Positions 55,301-64,000 of a stretch of 64,000 nt of DNA are shown piece by piece. Position 1 is the stretch's first letter. The number at the start of each line of letters is the position of its first letter. Below the pieces are notes generated by a model. That model did not search any database, was not told the DNA's origin, and saw only the letters and a list, made by a program, of their open reading frames with translations. Made by a program: the position numbers and the translations under genes. Origin of the DNA: the human T2T-CHM13v2.0 reference genome, Homo sapiens. The stretch lies in assembly GCF_009914755.1 (NCBI RefSeq), contig NC_060940.1. One strand, written 5' to 3'.

Positions 55301-56725
55301 TTGTAATGAAAACAGTTCTTCAAAAATATCCTTGTAGTACAGATGTCATTTCAAAGAATTTTTCTCAATTTGCCCATTAGTATAAGGTTGAAACACATTT
55401 CAATAACATAAATGGAATGAAGTTGGGTGACAGAAGGAAGAATACAATATTGCTGTCTAAATATGGAGTTTTCTATTCATCCTATATAATCCAAGACTAG
55501 GTCTTAAAAAATGCATTCCAAATCTCCAATGATGTTGGTCTCCAGAGAATCTTCTCCAGTGCATAGTTAAGCCTACCATCAGATCTGTTAGAATGTTCCA
55601 TCTTGGATCAAGTTTCTTTTTGGAATATCATTAAGACAAACTGGATGCAAAACATACAGCTAAAGAAGCAAATACATTAATTTGTGATGTGATAATAAAT
55701 ATGTCAGTTTAATACTGAAAAACTTCACTAAAATTATTGACTTCGATTTTACAATAATTACAATTTTTGACTTGTTAATTATAGTTGCTTGACTTCTTGA
55801 GTAAATACCTAATTTATTTGTTTTTCTTTAAAGCTAAACACAAGGCATTTCTTAGAAAAGAAGACAAGGCAATGAAATAGATTCAGTCCCCGAGCAACCT
55901 GACTGGTTGATATTGAGAGCTAAGGAGGTGATGGGGAAGAAGGGGAGCACAGGATGCATTAAACACAAACTTCTGTTTCATAGCCCTGCAAGAAGCTATT
56001 TCAACTTAAGACACACTCAAATTGGATCCCATCCAGTGGTAGGTTTAAAATGCGTTTTATTTCTTGCTTTCTCTATTGAGCATTTTCAGCATCTTTGCTG
56101 CAGAACCTCCCAAAGTTATTTACTACAGGTGTGTTCGTAATTGTGATATATTATAAACATTTACATTGTATAATGGTCCTCAACATCTTGCATCCGTGAC
56201 CTGGTACCTGCATACCAAGCAGTCAGGCAAAGCAGGTAGAAATATAGGCTGCCAACTTCTGGTAAAAGGGCTTTGTTTTGTATTTTCTTTTCTCAGATGT
56301 GACATTCTCTTAGGACATTAATATTTGTGTAGCAATTTTTCTCTCAATTTTCTACATTGCTTCAGTTAAATGCATCTTTTTAACTTAAAATATTAACAAT
56401 GTTTAACAGAAACCTTTCTAAATGACATGCATGCTTCATTGTCTTCTTAAACTAAGTTAAGATAAATTTAGATTTATTTTCTAAATGACCCACAGTTTAT
56501 TGCATCAATAATTGGACCATGATGAAATGAGTCCCATTGGTATTAACGATGCATAAACAGATTTTGCTTGGTCACATATGTCCTCATCTTATGAGCTCTT
56601 GACTTTGTTATGTAATAATAATAATAATTCATCTTCTATATTGCAAGTCCAACTGTCAGTGATTATGCTTACTGGTATCTATATTCCTACATCTAGTATC
56701 ATTTCCCCAGGTCCACCCCCTTTAA

Positions 56726-57056
<331 letters not shown>

Positions 57057-57614
57057 TAATGTGCCTCCAAGACCCTATCAGGAGCTCTACACCCATTTTC
57101 CTTCACAGTTGCTTATGCGGTAGCTAATTGACTTAGGTGAGGAGAAAAATACACAAATTTCAAGAGGGATAAAAATGTGCTTTTCACGCAGAAACTACAC
57201 AAATACACACAACTAAAAGAGGCACAACAAAATATTTTTGGAAGGAAATCTGTAAGAACATCTGTCATACAGGTAAACAAATTAAAATGAATATGTCTAA
57301 ACAAGAGAATTCAAATCCCACACAGGAAATTCCCCAGATATAAGAAATTTACATCTAAGGGAAAATAATAGGAACTTTTAGATTTTATTTTATTTCTCAG
57401 TATAACACTTATCTTTAATGCTGTTCTGTTTATGGTACTGTTATTGAAATTCAATCACAGGGATAGAAGAGGACCATGGATGCAGCTGGCAAGAAAGATG
57501 AAGGAGCCAAACAGTAATCAGGAGAATACTATCCTGGGTGCTAAAGATGCTATTAAATGGCTTCAGAGATCAAGAAAAGAAGTTGGTGTGGAGATAAAGA
57601 AAACGAGCATTTGA

Positions 57615-58016
<402 letters not shown>

Positions 58017-59978
58017 TCAATATGGGTGGTCTGAGAAGATTAGCCAGTAGAAGAGAGGAGACAAGAATCAAGGCTAATGCACTCTTTCAGAGGCCGAGGA
58101 AGGAGAGGACTTCAGAAGGATGGGGGCGGTGGTCAGGAAGGCCCAATTATTTTTTGCAATTACTAAAATAGTAACATAATTTTGGCAATTCTTCTATGTG
58201 ACTATGTGGGGTGAACCCCAATGTGCTAGGAAAACATCAAATTTGTTGGAAATTCTGGTCTCTCTTGAAGTTAACAATCTTTCTTGACCATTCTTTGAGA
58301 ACAGTCCATAAAAACTAATTTGCTTTGCATCTGTATTCCCCAGTATTTAACCTAGATGTTTATCATTCATTCTTTCTGCACTTTTTCATCCTTTGTAATT
58401 GCAACTAGGGTTCTCTGTCTAAATTTCCACTTTGACTTCTCTCCACAGTATTTCTGTTTTACTCCTCACATTGACTGGGCTGTGTCACCAGCCTCATATA
58501 AGAACCTCACAGTTAAAAATGTCCTCTCTGCCTATCTACTCCTGTACCATCCTCATGGACAGGTTTCTACAGGGCACAGGTATAGACTGTGTATCAAAGA
58601 AGCCGGCTATACCAGGAATACATACAAGCAACTGTTAAAATCCAAATAATTATTTTGTTACTGAAGTGTTTAAGCATCAGAGCTTAAAATGAAGCATCTT
58701 TTGTAGTTTTAAGTTTTTATGTATAAATTAAGTTATTCTTCCATTTCACAGTTGGTAACACCTAGAAAACCTGATTGAAAAAAACACATTGGGAGAAAGA
58801 GGACACAGATATCATCTGGAAAGGAAAAGATTTGTGTTAACAAATATATAACGTGCTCACAATGGAAAGCTCCCACTTCTCACTTTCCCTCCTCCTTCCA
58901 GCTAACATGGGTTTGGGTTTGTTTTGTTGTTGTTTTATAAGCTGTCACAGTGGTAGATGCAGATTGAAGCTCCAGGCAATTGCAATTAAATCAGGAAAAA
59001 GATATGCATTCACCAAGGTTAACACAAGCTGCAGCTTAATCAGGATGAAACAAACAAACACATCCAAGGACCTCAAAATAAATACAGCCATTTCAATCAC
59101 CTTCTTTTAATATCCACCTCCCCCCGCCCCCGCAACCCCTGCAATAACTTAAAAAAACACGCGCAATGAAAAGCTAAATAAATAAGTTCCCAAGTCAATA
59201 TATATGTCATGAAAATTTTCAAGCTACCAATGTAACACATTATTTCAGTTTATTGGCTATTGATCTCAAAACAAGTCATTATAGGATTAAAGACAAATTT
59301 TGATACAATAGAGACTCCTCATATATAAGCCATAGACACATGTATAAACTTAATATTGATTGACTTTACAGATAAATATTCATAATGAGCTCATTGTTTT
59401 AATTTGTGTTTGAATACGTGTTTCCTTTTAAATTTGGTTTGAGGATATAAATTTTGGTAAATGGCTTATCAGCATTACATCTAAATAGATGTGCATACAA
59501 ATACACTGAGGATGGTGGTTCGAGTGTAGTAGGCCATATGAACTTCATATGATTGGTTTTTTGTGATGGCATTACATTTATCATCATCTCTTGTCATTAT
59601 TATTTTTTAAATGATCTATTTAATTTGGATACTTTCAGTCTCTATAGGTAACTCTCCATGTTGCTGCCAGACCTATTACGTTAAAAAAAAACTTCTATTT
59701 TTCTCAAAATGTTGTATGGCTCTCTGTTTCCTACAGATACAAATTCTAAACTCTTTAGCTTAATTTCTAAAGTTACCTATTTTTCCCTATGCCCTTGTTT
59801 TTTTCTGATTAAATTACTTTATAGGAATGTATTTATACAAAGCTTAGACCTAACAGTCCTGATTAACTCATCTTTAACCAAGCTTCTGAGCCTTTGTTGG
59901 TGCTGCTCCTACAGCTTGGGACAGTATTTTCACTGCCCCCAAAATTATCAGTCTCCTAGTATTTCTTAAAGACTGAAG

Positions 59979-60149
59979 CCCGGGTGTGTGATGTTCCCCT
60001 CCCTGTGTCCATGTGTTCTTATTGTTCACTCCCACTTATGAGTGAGAACATGCGGTGTTTGGTTTTCTGTTCCTGTGTTAATTTGCTGAGAATGATGGTT
60101 TCCAGCTTCATCTATGTCCCTGCAAAGGACATGAACTCATCCTTTTTTT
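59979..60149 (-). mobile_element. Internal L1PA (PA7-like) 3'UTR-region fragment without polyA
   Basis: gtgtgtgatgttcccctccctgtgtccatgtg...gcaaaggacatgaactcatcc; flanked by agactgaag direct repeats. Confidence 0.88.
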
Positions 60150-60449
60150 AGACTGAAGGCATCCTTCTGTGATGCCTTGTCTAACGCTCCCAGTTAGACT
60201 CACTCGTTCCTTTGCACTGCCAGCAGTACTTTGCTTATACTTTTTGAAATAGCGTGTGTTTTATTCTCCTGCCTTGATTTTAGTCATTAACACATGCATC
60301 TCTTGATAGAAATTTTTATCATCTTAAGGTAAGGGGCCACATCCAATTTAATTCTATATGTCACTCCCATATTATCTAGATTACTATTGGTACCTGGTAG
60401 GTTTAGACTTATTAATTTATATTTTAATCCACAAATCTAGCCATCTATT

Positions 60450-60800
60450 TATTCAATAATTTATCACCTCTTGCATAAATATTGAGCTCTTTATATGATA
60501 CTCAATGGTAACAAAGATACAGTGAATGAACCATAACAAAGACACAGTGAATGAACAGACAGTAGTACCTATCCTGGCTTCACTGACATTCTTGTCTGAA
60601 AGACAAGCTTTAACAAGTAGTTGCAAGGAAGTGTGCAATGAGTGTTTGGTCTAGTTTGAACACTAGGAAAAGAAGAATGCCACAGTCTAGGTACCATTAA
60701 AGTCCACCTTGAGAAAGTGCTCTTTAATTTGAAGTTTGAGTGATTAGAAAATGTTCACCAATTTAAGAAGGGGAAGAAGGCAGAACAGAGTGTTTCACTC
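60450..60800. mobile_element. L2 fragment
   Basis: attcaataatttat...gatacagtgaatgaac...cactgacattcttgt. Confidence 0.45.
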
Positions 60801-63439
60801 TAAAGAAGAAAAAGAATGTGAAAATCTGTAAAGATAAAAGAGATTTCTTTAGTTATTTTCTAAAAGAGAAAGTGAGAGAAGAGAATGAAGGAGAGTGACA
60901 GAAAGATACTAAAATAAGAGTTTTATGGAACAAGACCTCAAAAGGATGTAGAAAAGCCATATAAATTTATAATCTTGAGTAATAGCAAAATAAGTAAGAC
61001 AATTTTGAAAATATTATATTATATTCTGACTTCTCCAGAAGAGAACTTAAGGATGCTGTTAAACAATGGTCAAATTATAAGTGAATAGGGAAGGTAGGAA
61101 TTGATTCTAGCATCTACAGATAAGACCAAATATATTTGTTATCACCAAACAATGGTATGACTATGTACTTAATTGGCTATCTGTAGTCAACTCTGAAAAT
61201 CTATCCCATATCTAATTCCTCATTTCAACTATAAGACCCCAAACCTAGTTGGTATACAATAAATCATTGTTGAGTGATAGAAAATATATAAAACATTGCA
61301 TATCTTCCCAGATGTGTACAAATTGTTACATTGCCCACGTTATAGAAATATATGACAGCTTTCACTTACATTTCTCACATCTCTCAGATGCATATTTTTT
61401 GCTTTATTGGCTTTAAACTCATATTAATACCATAAAATCAGCCCTGGGGGCACTGTTAGGCTATAAGCATTTCTCTGATTCAAATGTTATATATCCATAC
61501 TCCTACATCATTACTTCCCAGTGTCTGTTATTTTCAGAATTTTCTGAAGGCAAGATTCTTGCCCTCCTTCTCTGTCATTTAGACTTAATTTATTCTCTTA
61601 AAAATTGCATTCAAGTCAGAACCAGTTATTACTAAATGGTACGGTTTGTTCCTTTTCTAATGTTTTTCCTTTGTTTTGTTTCTTTTCTACACTTCTTTTT
61701 AGAAGGAGCTCCAAAGATCTGCCACTTCATTTTCCTCTCTCACTCTTAAATCCTTTCTGCAGTAATGGCAACTAGTGGTCCTTTTGTTCTGTTTAAGCAA
61801 TTTATGGAACAGCTTGTCCCCAACATCCCAATAATTTTGTACATGATTAACTGTCAAAATAGTCTTTATTTTAATGAACTAAACTTAGCCTCTTTGTCAC
61901 CTTTGTAAAAAAAATTCTACATTATGCTTTCTAGAGACATTAAGAAAAAATTAAATAACATGACTCTCTTTCTTGCATGGTAGAATTCCACTATTTTAAG
62001 ACAATGTTTACAGCATACTTTTTTCTTTCTAAACACAATATGGTCCAGATGACAGGTATGTGTTCCTGATCTCTTGAGAGTTACATATCCCTATTTCAAC
62101 CCCTGTCCTCTGTTCCATGGAAGTTTAAATCAACCACCAATATTTCTGGAATTTAATGGGTTAACTGCATTCTCAAGGCTATCTATGTTTACGGTTTGTA
62201 TTTCTATATACAGTCATTCTTATCCCAACCTAATTAGTCAGGATAGGGAATTTCTCAATTTCTTGATTCCATTTAACACAAATGATTTGCAGAATATTGA
62301 AGATTCTGGGAATACAGTAGTGTAGAGGAATGGTTTATTTCTATTTTCCAATAATGTATACCCTTGAAACAGAACACTTAACATTCCCGTTCTTATACTG
62401 CCTTTTACTGTCTTATACTCTCTTTTTCACTGATTAACTTTATTCTATGCCATTCCCAGTCTCTTTGTCTTCTCATTGGCTTACCTTCTCACTACACTAC
62501 CTTCTCTGTCTTTTCCCTTCTCATTGAAATTGTGGATAGATTCTCTCTCCCCGCTCTCTCTGTAACTCTCTCCCTCTGCTTTACCCTTTCCTTTCTTCCT
62601 CTCTTTCTTCTCCTATCTCTTCAACCTCTTCACCATCTCTCTCTTACCTCACTGTTAGTTCTAGTTTATAAATTCAGAAAATGAGTCTCAGAGAAGTTAA
62701 GTGACTCGTGCAAGTTCACCTGGTTAGCAAGATTAAGATTCATACTCTGCTCTGTCAGCCATCTATTTTTGTTTAGTTTGACCTTCTTAAAATTAATGTT
62801 GTTAAATCTGACCTATGATGACGCCTTGTTAGACAGTAAAAGCTTATTGAATTACATATTTTATGCTTTTTGGAAATGTGACCAATGTGTAATGGATACT
62901 GTTAACAACAAATTGAATAAAAGGTACACCCTTAATACCAGAGTGAATTAGGGCAAGCTACAAACGATGTGATATATTACTGGAGTCATTGTTATTGAAT
63001 TAAAGCTTCCTAGTATTTGATATATGGATTAATAATCAAACATATATGTATTTTAATATGGTCCATCTCTGAATGATGAAACATGAAAAGAAAACATTGC
63101 ATCCATCATTGTTGCATTATTTTTAATTTTGAAAGTAGCTAATGTATTTATCTAGAAATAAAATCATATTAACCCATACAAGCTTATACATAGCATAAAG
63201 CATTATATAATACACATTAAATGCATAGATATTTTTACATGTGTCAAGATTGAAAGTGGAGTGTGGGGTGTAGTAATCCCAGAAATAAGGAAGCTATGAG
63301 TGGGGGAATCATAAAAATATGAAAAGAAACTCCTTCCAAATGATTGAATGATTCCTAAAGTGTGCATATGCAGAGTAAAATTTCAAACAAAAGCAATAGC
63401 TATAATTGAACAGTTTCAGCAATTGCCTTTTAAATTTAT

Positions 63440-63880
63440 GCTTTTAAATTTTATACTTTTAAATTTTGATGTAACTGGAAGCTTACAGGAAAACTGTAAA
63501 TGCTGTATCCAGATTCACCAAGTGCTTTTATTGCTCTGTGTATGAATATATATGTAAAATAAATGTTACACATATAAAACTAAGCTGCAGATCTAATTTT
63601 ACACACACATATTTTTTGAAGTAATTGAGAAGTTGTAAATATCATATCCTTTTTTCTCTAAATACTTCCTAGTGTAATTCCTAAGAATAAAGATAGTATC
63701 TTACATATGCACAGTACTGTGGTCAGAATTAGAAAAATTTACGTGGATACAATGCTATTATGTACTCTACAGTCCATATTTAAATTTTGTGTGTTATCCC
63801 AGTAATGTTTTGTATACTATTTTATTATCGGGCCAGGATCCAATGCGGGATTACATAGCGTATTTAGTGTTCACGTTTCT
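63440..63880 (-). mobile_element. Old L1 (L1MC/ME) 3' end
   Basis: ctaaatacttc...ttcctaagaataaag...caggatccaat...tttagtgttcacgtttct. Confidence 0.6.
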
Positions 63881-63882
63881 TT

Positions 63883-64000
63883 ACTCATAAATGGGATTAA
63901 TGCCCTTATAAAGAGATTTCAGAGAGCTGCCTTGCCTCTTTGACCCCTTTCACCATGTGAGAATGCAGCAATAGGGTGCCATCTATGGAGCAGAAATGAG
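63883..64000 (+). mobile_element. MLT1/MST MaLR LTR fragment, runs off the window
   Basis: aatgggattaatgcccttataaaagag...ccatgtgag...gccatctatg. Confidence 0.7.

Noticed and set aside
62455-62650. Long pyrimidine-rich tract (H-DNA or splice acceptor)
   Set aside because: Degenerate low-complexity sequence beside a MIR; no clear mirror symmetry or exon.

Overview
AT-rich primate (probably human) genomic DNA that looks like a gene desert or a very large intron. I find no intact protein-coding gene, RNA gene or CRISPR array, and the ORF track is almost entirely repeat-derived or chance. Well over half the window is interspersed repeat: nested LINE-1 stacks (about 20.5-33 kb and 42-52 kb), about nine Alus or Alu fragments, two full-length THE1 MaLR elements, solo LTRs (MLT2, MST, MER34-like, MER41) and DNA transposons (Tigger3b, MER81, MER5A). 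The one gene-derived feature is a 5'-truncated processed pseudogene of NOP58 (34184-34976, minus strand). It carries an extra 135-bp, stop-containing block inserted inside the Ser codon of ...YEHK-S-EVKTY..., which looks like an exon junction. This may be a retrotransposed fossil of an NMD 'poison exon' isoform and is the best lead in the window. Other notable structures are a 168-bp inverted duplication with microhomology junctions, two L1s that keep both ends but lack most of their interior, a tail-less L1 fragment in an endonuclease site, a 34-bp target-site duplication and a perfect 69-bp tandem duplication. Subfamily names come from my recall of consensus sequences, not from a search. Repeat boundaries are approximate unless a TSD is quoted.
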